DNA of 62,665 nucleotides, filler included, from Dugesia japonica (taxonomy: Eukaryota), in NCBI GenBank assembly GCA_001938525.1. It is 6 parts of 6 records of this genome, joined end to end, with 100 filler letters (N's around TTAATTAATTAA, not from the genome) between each part and the next. Parts side by side here need not be neighbours in the genome. Positions count along the whole stretch, not along the records: positions 1 to 9,826 come from MQRL01517429.1; positions 9,927 to 19,552 come from MQRL01621896.1; 4 more parts are not named here. One strand, given 5' to 3'. Positions 1 to 12,479 of this stretch are shown one piece after another. The notes below the pieces were generated by a model that saw only the letters and a program-made list of their open reading frames with translations, was not told the DNA's origin and ran no database searches. Positions within the stretch are counted from its first letter, which is position 1. Each line of letters opens with the position of its first letter. The position numbers and the translations under genes were made by a program.

Positions 1-380
1 CTGTCCCGTCGAGTAGGTCACCCATCTGTAACACAATGGGATGATGATGACGACATAGCCGCTTTCAACTTTGCTATAACGGATCCCGACCAGTGGTTAG
101 ATCCGGGGTAGCTGGATCTGCTTTAAATATTTTTATAAAATAAAATGTCTGTGTTCGAACTTAGAATTTCTTATCTTCAACAGTAACAATAAGGGAAGAA
201 TCATTGAACCCGAAAATAAANGTTTACGGGTGCTTACCTCCCATTAAGAGTAAGGTCAACCGCCATAAACTGAAAACCTACCCCAGGGGCGGTAGGGTAA
301 ATTCTTGGACGGGTTCCCCTGAGGGCTGTTTTTTCCCCAGCCATCTTTTTGCGACTCTCAACTCAGGTGGGACCCCAACA
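1..380 (+). mobile_element. Probable 3' end of a long LTR (ends ...GACCCCAACA) carrying the C-terminus of a small ORF
   Basis: Frame 1 is open from 1 to TAG at 109-111 (..WDDDDDIAAFNFAITDPDQWLDPG*), with AATAAA at ~139. A GC-rich hairpin region ends CCCCAACA at 380, the reverse complement of the TGTTGGGG start seen at 50312. Confidence 0.4.
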
Positions 381-773
381 ATAGTATTGTGACATGGTTA
401 TATTTATCAAATATTCAATTAAACAATCGTTATGATTTAAATAAACTAGTACACATAATATACCCCTTTGTTGTGTAACAGATTATCGATCGCTCATCAT
501 ACTAAACGGAGTTGGCCTACCTTTCTGCAGTTTTTAAACTGTGTTTATCATTTTACTGGCGATTTACCTCTAAGATAATATTTCCTAAACTGTCTTACCT
601 ATGGATGATCAACTTCCTCTAGATGATGATCAATCCTCCTGTTAGCTACATTGTCATATTTACTTTCTAAACATAAAGGTGTTATTCTATATTTATTTAT
701 AATTATCAATTATGAATTATCATAAATAATCAATAATATAAATTTAAATCAAGAACTAAAGATTAGTTTATAT

Positions 774-1047
774 CAGAGCATCTTAAACTTTTTTCATTCA
801 CGACCCCATTTATGATTGTGAGTTTTTTAGCGACCCTATATAAATATAAAAGATATATAAATATTTTGTCAAATTCACAGTAACGTGTTAGTGTGTGCAC
901 TAATTCAAACCTTTTTTTCGTGAGTGTGTGTGTGATTTTGTTACAAATACACATCTCGATTTTATAAATTCATATATTTAAATATTTTATATTAAAATCT
1001 TGTGACCCCAAGATTTTGCTAAGCTACTCATGGTTTAAGAAGCTCTG
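774..1047. mobile_element. hAT-superfamily MITE (274 bp)
   Basis: TIRs CAGAGCATCTTAAAC / GTTTAAGAAGCTCTG (14/15 match) flanked by a perfect 8-bp target-site duplication GTTTATAT (766-773, 1048-1055). Confidence 0.85.
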
Positions 1048-2425
1048 GTTTATATCATCGACCTAATATTTTTGATCCGACAATTACACTCATTCTAAAC
1101 ACAATAAAAATTAAATATAAGGATTCAACCACCACTTTTCCACTCCTCATAACATCTCTTTTAATATTGCTAGCAGCTTTTCGTACTCCCACGAACAACT
1201 ATCAACCCACTCATTAACAGCTATCAGTTATTTTCAAAATTAATAACAGCTACTCCTTCATTGCCATAATCATTAAGAACTATTATAATTCTTTCTACAC
1301 AACTCTTTCATAAATGGATGATCTCGTGAAGCAAAGAACTGAACGGTGCCAGCTTCCACTGCTAGCAAAGCTAATGAGTGGTGATCATCACCTCAATCCT
1401 TCTTTATTGTCGCATATATGATTTATAAAAATAAAATTATTCAAATTACTTCTCGATTTATTCTGATCCTTTTACTTAAATGCGAAATAATACTACTTGG
1501 TACTTTTAACAATAAGTTAACAAGAGTTTAACATGAAAATTTTAGTCTGATTTTACAGAAATTTACTTCGTCTTTTATACCTAGCTGTATCGTCAATTTT
1601 TGACAACTACAGTGTGAGGCTACTTCAAATTTTTTTGAACTTACTGAATCGTGCGGAGCCTACTCGCAGATTCATTATAGATGACTATATTTAGTCATGT
1701 TTATTTTTTCACATTTTTTCATACATTGACTATGTTACATATGATTTACCGGTGCTTACTCGGCATCATAGATTTTCTTTATATTTCAGATGCATGTAGT
1801 ACGGTGCCTACCTGACACATAGATTTCAATATGTTTGTACAGATAGTGTGGCGCTCATAGAATGTCAAATCTGATGTTGAACTATCAGAAATATTTTCCA
1901 ATTTAAACTGGTTCCGATGAAATTAGTGTTCATTTATTCGTGACAAATCGTTTTAGGAAACTTTTCTTTGTTTTCCATATATAAATAACGATATTTACAT
2001 GAATAAATATAAATAATTAAATATCATTTTAAAATTATAATTTAACTTTTTATTCTCTTTCATGTCATGTAACTTTTATTTCTAAACTCTGTTTTTACCC
2101 AATTTAATTATATTTATCTAATAATAATAAAATTAATAATATTTATCGTAAATAATAATAATATTACATTCTTATTATTTTAATACATTAATTTAATAAT
2201 ATAATTTTCCTAATTAAATAGTAACGATTTTGCTAATACTTAAATAATTGTAATAATGATAAGATTTATTTCCTATTTTTATTCCTATTATTTCTCTTTA
2301 TCACCTTACAAACTTTTAATATAATACCTTTGTTTTAATTCTACTTTATTAATATTATAATTATTATAACAATTATTTCATTATATTACTACTTTATATC
2401 ATGAATATAATTATAAATAATAATA

Positions 2426-3187
2426 TGTGACGAATCCCACCTCCAGTTTCGTTTTCGTTTCGTTTATTATTTCTAATTTAACATTTTTTGGCATAATTTA
2501 TTCATTTAATTATTATTTCTTCGAGTTTTCTTTTTTTTATTTCATGAAACTTATTTATGTTTCTGACATTTACCATGGATTATTATTTCTTTGAGCATCA
2601 TTTTGTGTTCGTGATTTATTTATTTTCCTCTTTTTATCTCTTATTTTATTAATCGACTATTTTTTAATTTATTTAATTTTTTTGACACTCATTTTTTCTT
2701 AGTTATTCAATTTCTGTTTTGGTTCATGAATCTATTTTATTGTTCATATTTCAGATGGTTTTATTTGATCCCTTTTATTTGATTTATCACTATTTCTTTA
2801 TGCATTATTCTTTATGTTTATTCTAACAATTACTTCTTGAAGCTTTGTTTGTTATAATTGCTAATTCACTTTTATCTAAGAGCATTTTGTTTTATTCGGA
2901 CTGATTGCTTTTTCGTCAAATATATTTGATTCCATTAATCTTAATCACTTCTGCGTTTTCATTTTCCTATTTTTATCTGCCGAGTTGTTTCATATATAAT
3001 TTTATTAATTTATTGATGATTTAATGAAGTTTCTCTTTATTATTAATTCTTCTTTTTTGGCTCTACTTTTATTATTATCTCTAATTCGCTCACGAGTTTA
3101 TCATCTCTCTTTTTTCCCCTGTTTTATTCACTTTAATTCTTTAATTATCTGTACTTTTTCAGCCCAACAAATTACTGGGGGCTCACA
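2426..3187 (-). mobile_element. Possible solo LTR
   Basis: Strongly T-skewed block bounded by TGTGA...TCACA inverted ends with GC-rich subtermini. No conserved TSD. Confidence 0.3.
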
Positions 3188-3229
3188 AAAAATTCTGCCT
3201 CGAAATTTCTTTAACTAGAGGTTATTGAT

Positions 3230-5250
3230 ATAAGCGATGATGATAAAATAGGAGGTAAAGTTGAAGACTTTCTTGCTCTAGTTGTTGATCCGGTTGTCGA
3301 TCTGACTGTTAATTCAGTTAATGATCTGACTGTCGATCTAGTTGGTTGTTCTGTGGATGATAGGTCTTTTGATAAGGAATTAGGTGATGAAGATGAGGTT
3401 TTGAATAAATATTTGGAAGAGGAAACCCAAGTTAATGGATCTCTTTTTCATGTTGACCCTGTTATTGAGTCAGGTCTTTATATAAGTCATCAAATCTTGA
3501 AATTGGACGTTGCTAAATATAGTATGCGAGAAATAGTTTTACTGGATACCTTGTTAAAGAAAGAGTAAAATAATAGAGGATTTGAAGAATGTTAAGATTC
3601 AGTTCGGATTACATGTTAAATTTGTAAGGGATTATGAGATCAAAACTTCAAGGCTGTTCCTTTTAGTGATGAATTATTTTAAGAAGGAATAAGGTCTTTG
3701 AACTAGAAAATTGCTGTAAGATCTGAATTAGGGAGTAGTGGGATCTTGATTAGAATCTGGGAAATTAATTTTAAGATCACTAAAGTTAGTGATTTAAGTA
3801 GGTTATCAGGAAGTTGTCATATCAGAACAACTAAATATCTTCTAGATAAGAAAGCTCTTCTTTATATTCAAAACAAAGACAATATGTGTTTCATTTATAG
3901 CATTCTTGCTGAACTTAAACAAGGTGTAGTTAAAAAGAATAAGTATCGAGATACGAAATATAAGAAGTAAATAGGAGAATTAGTATTCAACGAAACTGAC
4001 ATGCCGATGAAATTGGCGAATATTCCTAAATTTGAGGAAATAATTTCAGGTCTTTACATAAATTTTTTTTCTTGTTACCCGATTAATATTTGTGATGATG
4101 AGAATGATGTCATTATGAAGCATCCAAATCTTGATATTATTCATAGAAGTAAGGTTGAATGAGACTGAAAAAATAATCTTTTATTGCTTGAAGATGAAGA
4201 AAAATATCATAACACTGTAGTAATGAATTTGAACCGTCTTATGAATCGCGATATAAAAACTGGTGGGGTGCGTATTAGATCAATCTGGTGTGAAAATTTC
4301 TTGAATGGGTTTAGGGATGATATTGCTTTGAAGACTTGCATTTTTCTTTGTAGTAGAATCCAAACAGGTACAACCTCATATGCATTGCCATTTGATCCAA
4401 AATTGTTGTTTAAAGATTTTCCTAAGACAATTACACCTCCTTTTGTTGTCTATGCATTCTTTGAGTCTATTCTTGAGAAAGATGAAAATTATCTTCATAA
4501 GCACTTGTCTATTTTAGCAGGGCTTTTACTGGTTAATAACTTCACTAATGAATTTAAGTATAACCAGTTTATAAGTTTGAATTTTGTATTTGATTTCTTT
4601 AAGGCTGTTGAGAAAATAAGTAAGAGTGTTGCTGATTATTATAAGGAGAATGTAAATAAAAAAATTGTAATTACTTCATCTGAGGAAATTGAATTTAAAG
4701 CTTCTAAAACTTGTTATTTATGTAAATAAAAATAACTAAGCGGTTCGTGATCATGATCACTTTACAGGTAGATATATAGGTCCTTATTGTTCTAAGTGTA
4801 ACTTGAGTAAGAAGATTAGAATTTAATTGCCTGTTGTTTTCCACAATTTGAGAGGATATGATCTCCATCATATTTTAAAACATGGTTTGAATCGATTTAC
4901 TGAATGGAATATCTCTTGTATTGCTATGTCTACTGAGAAATTTATTTGTCTTATTGCACATATAGGTAATACGGCAATTAAATTTATTAATAGTTACCAG
5001 CTTATTAACTCTTCCTTTGATGCTGTTGTTAAAACCATAAATTCTACACCTTTAACGTCTATTGAGTTTAATGATGATAAGATTTTTAAATCTAAGGGGA
5101 TCTTTCCATATGAGTTTGCTTCAAGTTTTCCAATATTAGTGAAAACATGTGAAATGCCACCTAAGTGGGATGATATTAGAGATGAATCTTTTAGTAAAGC
5201 CCTTGAAATGTCGGAAATTACAGGATGTGATAACCTACTTGATTATATGT
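3230..5250 (+). pseudogene. Polinton/Maverick protein-primed DNA polymerase B, N-terminal half (degraded, 3'-truncated)
   Basis: vOTU-like IQNKDNMCFIYSILAE; ExoI-like FVVYAFFES; EndoVII/HNH insert CYLCK..VRDHDHFTGRYIGPYCSKCNL (4714-4805); ExoII VVFHNLRGYDLH; KGIFPYE. Multiple stops and frameshifts. Confidence 0.85.
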
Positions 5251-7000
5251 GAAAATAAAATGGTATAAATAATTCTTTCATTGATTTATCTTATAAATTA
5301 CAAATTTGATGAGCATAACCTCTGAATTCCCTATTAAAGTGGTCATGATCAATATCTAGATTTTCAGTTATCTTTTTATTACAATATCTACATTTAGTTT
5401 CTTGTATAAAATTTGGATGATCAGTTCTAGTATAATATTCAATTAATTTTTTTATATCTTTTAATTTATGATTAATCTCTTCTAAAAATTCAAAGAACTG
5501 TTCATGAATACTATCACCATAAAATTCTTTATATTCATTTTGAAATAAATGTTAATATTTACTTTTGATTTAAATTCCTAGAGATAAGGGTTTTTGTTTA
5601 TTGGTAATTGTACTGGTCCAACTTTCAAAATCTCCATAAATTACAAAAGGCAATTTATTTGAGAAATAATTATTTTTAAATGAATAATATTTATCATTTT
5701 TAAAATATAATTTAGATGAATCGTGGTTAATACATTCTTTTTGATGATTAATTAATAAAGTTTTACTTCTATATGAATTCATACAACATAAACACAAATG
5801 GTTTTTATTTTTATTATTATTTGCAAAAACACCAACATTTCTACACAAAATATAATGTACTTTATAAAATAATAAATTACATTTATTTATTTCTGATGAT
5901 GGATTACCATCATAATGAGAAATATAAACTGGATAGATTTTAGCTTTTTCAGTAACTTCAAATACATTTACTTTTAAATCGTTTAATTTTTCAAATAATT
6001 TTACATCATCAATACTTGCAGGAAAATTCATTTGGTGTAGCCCGTTGAATTTTATTTTTAATTCGTTTAAATAAGAAGCATAATTTGTAACTCTTTTTTG
6101 ATTATTTTCAAATACATGTTTATGAGCTAAAATTGAATATAAAAAACAAAAATCATCTTTATTTTTAATATTAATTACATCTGGTTTAATAAAAGGTAAT
6201 TTTTATATGATTTCCCACCAACTAATTATTGATATTTAGAAAGTTCAATTTTAAAATCAACAATACAATCCAATTCCATCTACTTTCATTTTGGTCTTCA
6301 TCTTCCATATATCTTTGTAGTTGATTTAATAACTTTTCCACAATAATTTTTACATCACTTTTGATAGTAATTCTTTCATTACTTGAATATGAATTAAATA
6401 CTCTTTCCTCATCTTCTTTAGTATAATTACAGTTTACACTCAATCTTACCATCAACGTTTTTGAATAATCAAAATAAATATAAACAATTTTAGTAATTTC
6501 TTTTTTAAACCAAGTTATTAATTTAAAATTTAATTTATTTTACATCTCTAGTTAATTCAATTTTACTTTCTTTGAAATATTCAATATTTTAATATTTTAT
6601 ATTCTTTAAATGTTTAAATAATTTTCGAGTTTCATTCTTTTCAAAATCAATTGCTTTATCTCCAGGTAATTCATCTTATAATCTTTTAGTTTCTTCTTCT
6701 TTTGTTTTCAAAACACGCTCTTGGTGTACTCCACTTTTAAAATGAGATCTTGCATGGTTTTGTCTAGTGAATGTTAAATTGCAATAATTACAATTTAAGG
6801 CAACTCTAGACCTACCATCATCTNNNNNNNNNGTGGAGTTTTTATGTAATAACAAGCATTTTTCACTTGCTCATCATTTGAAACAAATGTTACATCTCTA
6901 ATAATCGTGTGCTGATCTTGCACAGGTTCGAGATTGAATATGCGACGACAACCCCACGTTATTTTTAAAAGTCTTGTTACAAACAGAACATTTAAACAAT
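5250..7000 (-). pseudogene. C2H2 zinc finger-fused Polinton pPolB, N-terminal half (degraded, truncated at ExoII)
   Basis: Minus-strand translation gives FKCSVCNKTFKNNVGLSSH and CNYCNLTFTRQNHARSHFKSGVH zinc fingers, IKNKDDFCFLYSILAHKH, FVIYGDFES, KCRYCNKK..DHDHFNREFRGYAHQICNL and IPFYFH at the break. Clearly homologous to 16084-17800. Confidence 0.85.
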
Positions 7001-7199
7001 TAACTCCGAAGAACTTATAGGTCTTTAAAAATTCATATTTGAGGAACTCATTTCACTTGCAAAGCTACTCATTTTATAAAGAATTAATTTGGTTGTATAA
7101 AAAAATTACTACCTTAAAGGTTCTTATTTTGAGTTTTGGTTAGTGTTTAGTTTATATTTATCTATGATTAACCTATGTTTTGGTTTTAAAGTTTAATGA

Positions 7200-7886
7200 T
7201 TTGTTTAATTCATTATCTACTTTTCCATCTAAATATCCACCTCCAATTGGATTATTTTCTTTTTTGGGTTTATTGTTTATTGATTTATTTATAGTTGATG
7301 AATGCAAAATTTTTGATTTTGATAGTGCTAAATTATTTCTTTTATAAGTTAACCTTTCTTTTGAAAGAATTTCTAAAATTTCAAAAGAACTTGTTTTAAT
7401 ATTAAAAACATAGTCACCCTAATTATTTTTAATATATTGATGTGATTTCTCATCAAAAGAATGTTTTACTATTACATATATTTATCTCTCAGGTTTTAAG
7501 TTTAATTCTCTTAAAGTTTTATTTAATGTTTGAACAGATATCCCCATTTCTTTAGCTATAATTGAATCTTTTAAAATTGGTTCTTTAAAAATAAGTTCTA
7601 GATTTTTTGCTGCTAAATAAATCTTTTGAGATTTATTTAACAACTTTGAATCAAAGGTATTTGCAGAACTAATGTAATCAACAACATTTTCATATAAATC
7701 TTTTTTGTTTTCTGCTGCCATTTTTTTATTATTAAAATAAATAATAATAATAATTATACAAATAATTACACAAAATATAATTATAAAACATATAATTATA
7801 TTTTCTTGATTATCACATTTTTTATTTATATTATCAATATCTTTTATAATACTAATTATTTCTTTTGTATTTATTTCTATAGGCAT
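7200..7886 (-). CDS. Polinton accessory ORF(s): short TM peptide followed by an HTH protein (MAAENKK...), interrupted
   Basis: ORF 7482-7886 has a hydrophobic run IIICFIIIFCVIICIIIIIIYF, then an HTH-like LKDSIIAKEMGISVQTLNKTLREL. Coding-like sequence continues past the stop at 7482. Confidence 0.4.
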
Positions 7887-8226
7887 TTTCTAGAGTAATT
7901 TTATTTAAGTATTTGTTTTGTTTTTTATTTGATTTTTTAAGTGCATTTAATATCAATTTATTTTTATTTTCATCTTTTTCAGTTTTCTTTAAAGAAATTA
8001 TCATATTTATTTTTTCTTCATCATATTGATTTACTTCCTCTGATTCTTCTTTTAAAGTTCCAACTTCTATTGCTAAATCATAGATTGTGCCTCCAGCTAA
8101 ATTCATAGCTTCTTCAAATAATTTATATGTAGGGTAAATATTTTTTAATATTAAATTTTGTTCTTTTAATGAAGAATTAAAAACTTTAATATAATTGTGT
8201 TTTAAATCTTCTAAAATATCATCCAT
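7852..8226 (-). CDS. Hypothetical Polinton accessory protein (124 aa, helical, charged)
   Basis: Intact ATG-to-stop ORF in A-rich start context, lying between the terminal repeats and pPolB on the same strand. Confidence 0.45.
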   Translation of the reverse strand: MDDILEDLKHNYIKVFNSSLKEQNLILKNIYPTYKLFEEAMNLAGGTIYDLAIEVGTLKEESEEVNQYDEEKINMIISLKKTEKDENKNKLILNALKKSNKKQNKYLNKITLENAYRNKYKRNN

Positions 8227-8274
8227 TTTCTAATAATAAAAAATAATAAAATAAAAATTCAAACCATCAACCCA

Positions 8275-8405
8275 AGTAGTGTGTAAATGACGGCTTCCCG
8301 AGAAGTTGTTTATTTATATTCACTATACTCTATTTTATCCCAGATCATATATGTATGTAAAAGATGGTTACAACCTTGATGGGAAGCCATCATTTACACA
8401 CTACT
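8275..8405. repeat. 131-bp inverted-repeat element / MITE with AGTAGT ends
   Basis: AGTAGTGTGTAAATGACGGCTTCCC (8275-8299) versus GGGAAGCCATCATTTACACACTACT (8381-8405): 24/25 complementary. Confidence 0.8.
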
Positions 8406-8650
8406 AAGACTGCTCCATTTCAAGCTAAATATAGAGACTCCCCTCATCCCATTTAATATATAGAGACTCCCTAATACCATGCAAATTATCAAGACTGCCC
8501 CATTCCATGCTAAATATAGAGACTGCCCGATGCAAAATATCAAGACTGCCACTTACCATGCTAAATATAGAAAATCGTCCCATCTCATACATAATAAAGA
8601 AGCTCTCCATACCATGCTAAATATCAAGACTGCTACATCTCATACATAAA
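8406..8650. repeat. Subterminal degenerate tandem repeat (~29-30 bp unit, ~8 copies)
   Basis: Recurring (A/G)AGACT(G/C)CC...CCATGCTAAATAT unit. Confidence 0.8.
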
Positions 8651-9319
8651 TGTAAAGTCTTAAAAAATTTAAATTTTCCCTCGCCCAAAAATAAATTTTT
8701 AAATTTTCTGCCAAAAATTCAAAAAATATCAAGACTCTTCTCTTCCCTGTTCAAAAAATATTAAAAACAACCCTTCCCACTCAAAATACTCAAAAAATAC
8801 TCAAAAATATATCATTTTTACAAAAATACCATTACTTTCAACTAATTCACCATTTTAAGCAAAATACAGCATTTTAACCAAAATAAAGATTTTAAAACAT
8901 TATTACGTCAAATTCAACCACAACCAATCAGAAATTAAAGCACAATTGACATCCCAAATATTTCCCATCACACTACCTTTCGAACAACCCATCAACCAAC
9001 AAAATCTATCAACCCACTACAAAGATACACTCTCCCAAAAAAAACCACGATAACTCATACGACTGTACCAGTGCGCCACTACCCTTCTAGGAAAAACCAT
9101 CCATCTAACCTCATAAGTCCTTTAGACAATGTATAGACAGAATTTTTGTCCAACAACAACCAAATCTTAAAAACCCCCAAAAAATTATTTTCAAGATCTC
9201 CAGCTTTCACTCGAATCCAAAACCCTTCTTTCACACACACAAACTCAACTTGACCTTCTTTTTAAAAACCACCTTAGCAACCCAAACACACTGTAATTTT
9301 AAAATTTAAAAATACACAC

Positions 9320-9440
9320 ACCCAGGATAAAAAAACTGATTCGATCAAAACTTTTTTGATCCTAAAAATCTTAGAAAAAAACCAACACAAAAATACCAGC
9401 ACAATCGTAATGTGTTTCCGTGCGCTACTATCTACCTACT
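9320..9440 (-). mobile_element. Polinton-like terminus (left end of the ZnF-pPolB element)
   Basis: Reverse complement begins AGTAGGTAGATAGTAGCGCA..GGAAACACATTACGA and aligns with 30058-30270. Polinton TIRs characteristically start 5'-AG/AGTAG. Confidence 0.65.
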
Positions 9441-9826
9441 AATAATAGAACCTTTAAACTATGGGAAAACAGTATAATTAATAGAAAAACAAAAAGCAAA
9501 TAAGCAAACAAATAATTGAGCTCTCCAATTGAAATATATAACAAGGGAATATGAGAATAATAAAGAAAGAAACCCGATAAAAGAAGCCATAGAAACAAAC
9601 TATGAGGAAACAGGGCAGTTAATAGAAACACAAAAAGCAAGTAATCAATTATTAATTGGTAATCAAACCCTTCAAGCCTAATCACAAAAAGTGAACAACC
9701 AAATATTATTGGATAATCTAGTTTTTTTATTGAAATGCATAGCAACAGAAAATGAAACTAAAAAGAAAAGAGATACAATATAAGAGACCATGGAAATAAA
9801 CACTTATGAAACCAAAGTAGTAGAAA

Positions 9827-9926
9827 NNNNNNNNNNNNNNNNNNNNNNNNNNNNNNNNNNNNNNNNNNNNTTAATTAATTAANNNNNNNNNNNNNNNNNN
9901 NNNNNNNNNNNNNNNNNNNNNNNNNN
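9827..9926. other. Artificial scaffold linker N44-TTAATTAATTAA-N44
   Basis: Exactly 100 nt with stops in all six frames; recurs five times. Confidence 0.97.
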
Positions 9927-10339
9927 TAGTATTGTTAATTTGAATTTTATTATGTATGTTGGTATTATTATTATTTTATCATTAGGATGGTTATTAGTAT
10001 GATCAATCTGAATATAACCTTCATTTAAACTCGAAACTAATGAATTTTAAACTAGATTATTTCAGTATTATCGTCGTCAACATTCTTAAACTTGAAGTTT
10101 TCCTTGTTATTATTTTTCTCCTAGTTAAAATTGCACTTTATTACCTTCTATGTCATTACTTTTAAGTAGTTCTTGTATATATTACATTAATGGAATTCAT
10201 TTTATAGTTTTAATATTATTAGTATCGTATTATTAATGCTTACAACTTTGTTAATTATTTATTCGATTATAATTGAATCTTGTTATTTCTCTTTAACTTA
10301 TCAATGTGAAGTTTATACCACTGAAGAGATTTTGTTTCA

Positions 10340-10470
10340 TAAGACAGGATACCGCATAGTCCCGCTGAATTCGGGAATGGGGGATCGTGATGCAGGAGAA
10401 GGCGTCACACAAATTCTTTCGGCTGCTAGGTATCATCCTCCAGAGATAAAATAACATCAAAAGCCTAGAA
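10340..10470. repeat. Unclassified structured dispersed repeat, copy 1
   Basis: AAGAC(A/G)GGATAC.GCATAGTCCCGCTGAAT..GCTAGGT.TCATCC.CCAGA..AACATCAAAAGCCTAG is shared with 30428-30622. Confidence 0.7.
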
Positions 10471-10552
10471 GCCCAGCACATTTAATGTGCATAATTGAGA
10501 AAAGAGTAGTGACAGGGTTTTGAAGCTACTGTCCATTAGTGTTGTAAGGATT

Positions 10553-10985
10553 AAAAATTGAAAATCGCAATTTAAAGTTTAAAGAAAATGTTATAGAAGA
10601 TTTCAAGATTTTTTTAAAATATTTAAAATGTTTGTTTAAATATTCAGATTTTAAAAAATTAGTTTTTGAAGATTTGAAGACTTGAAATTTTGTGTTATAC
10701 ATAAAAATGTATTGAATATAATGGACTTTTCAGAAAGTCTATCAGTAACTAACATGGCAACCACACCAGGACCTCAGTCAAGAAGCACTAAACCCAGGAA
10801 TTTACCGACATTTTGACGATATTGAACATTTTATCAATGGTTGCATCTAATACTTCAAATGTATTGGTGTAAAGAAAAAGGATAAAAACCTCTTGGTGGT
10901 TGGCTTAATTGATCGAGAATTAAGAGAAGTATACGAATGTCAAGATGAATTATTAAATTTTGAGGACCGACTGCGAAATATATTT
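10553..10985 (+). mobile_element. Ty3/gypsy LTR remnant plus gag 5' fragment
   Basis: Starts TGTAAG, then MATTPGP..DDIEHFINGC.YFKCIGVKKKDKNLLVVGLIDRELREVYE, resembling an N-terminal retrotransposon Gag. Confidence 0.5.
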
Positions 10986-11995
10986 GATGAACTTGTTGTG
11001 ACATTCCCCAACTATGAGAATTATAATTAAGTTAACACTTATTTTCTTAAACTTATATTGAAGGAGCTGCAGAAAGATTACCTCAATTTCTCATTATGAT
11101 TTGGAGCCATTATGAAGCAGTTTTCAAAAAATTTCCAAAAACTATAAGCTGTTGCGAAGGTTTTCATAATGCATTGAATTCTNNNNNNNNNNNNNNNNNN
11201 NNNNNNNNNNNNNATTTATTAGATGGTTTAAGACGACATATAGCTTTCCATTGATAATTATTAGCAAATGCTGATACAGATCGCTCAGAAATAAGAATTA
11301 AAACATATGAATCACTCAGAAACCAAGTGGCCATAGTTGTGTAAGGGTATCAATATGAAGAAAACAAGATAGAGTTTCTACGCCGAATGGCCAATCTTCA
11401 ATAAATTATTGTTTTCATTCATCATTCATTTTTAATGACCATGGTTTTAAATATTGGATTTAGTTTTAATTACTAAATTGGCACAAAACGTTAATGTTAA
11501 ATTTTATTTTTTCGATTTTCATTCTGTTTATTTGGTTTTTCGATTAATTTGATGAGATTAAAATTTAAATCTCTTTCTCTATATATAAAATATTAAAATA
11601 TNTAGAGAAAAGTATTATTTCAATAGTTTCATAGTTGTAACATGAAAATAAATAAAAGTGAAGAGCATTTCTTCAAAGTTATAATGACTATTTTTGAATT
11701 GAAAATAAATTGAATTTTTATAATTTCTGGCTTTTTTGGATGACCAATAGGAAATTGGTCATTTGTTAAATTAAAATTATAAAATAAACAAAAATTCTTT
11801 AAAATATATTAACAACAAAGTCTTTAATTCAAATAATCTTTCATTAGTCTTTTCAATATTTAAGAAACGTTTATTAATGTTTTAAATTAAAAAATTAAAC
11901 TTTGGGCAATTTTCCAGGTGCCCAATATTCGAGTGAGCAATTTTTGTGCACCTATTCTGTACCTATGGCATATATCAATAGAACACCTGCAAAAT
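10982..11995 (+). mobile_element. MULE (Mutator-like) transposase C-terminal relic with probable 3' TIR
   Basis: RLPQFLIMIWSHYEAVFKKFPKTISCCEGFHNALNS matches the MULE 'W..Y....PRTNN..EG.HN' motif. Short-period GC repeats at 11900-11970 are typical of MULE TIRs. Confidence 0.65.
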
Positions 11996-12479
11996 NNNNN
12001 NNNNNNNNNNNNNNNNNNNNNNNNNNNNNNNNNNNNNNNNNNNNNNNNNNNNNNNNNNNNNNNNNNNNNNNNNNNNNTTCTTTTTTGTCTTCTGTTTTTT
12101 CTTGTTCTTTTCATTCCGGTTACCGTACATAAATGACAAAAATTGAACCTTTTCAGAAACTTAAAGTTATTACAAATTTTCATAATAGTTGTATTAACAA
12201 TTTTTCTGTCAACCGTTTTCTTGATCCAAAAATTCTGGTTACTTTTCTGTGAACAATCGGTTGTTTTAGTGTCAAATTGTAGTTATAGTTTATGTTAGGT
12301 GAGTTTGGAAAACTCATCGAATCATTAACATCAGAATTCAACTCCATAAATTTATTAAAATAAANNNNNNNNNNNNNNNNNNNNNNNNNNNNNNNNNNNN
12401 NNNNNNNNNNNNNNNNNNNNNNNNNNNNNNNNNNNNNNNNNNNNNNNNNNNNNNNNNNNNNNNNNNNNNNNNNNNNNNN

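Noticed and set aside
9428-9745. Hydrophobic 'membrane protein' ORFs (also 3024-3218, 25236-25520, 43878-44075, 52794-53126)
   Set aside because: These are by-products of T-rich strands, giving F/L/I-rich translations, or antisense to TE genes.
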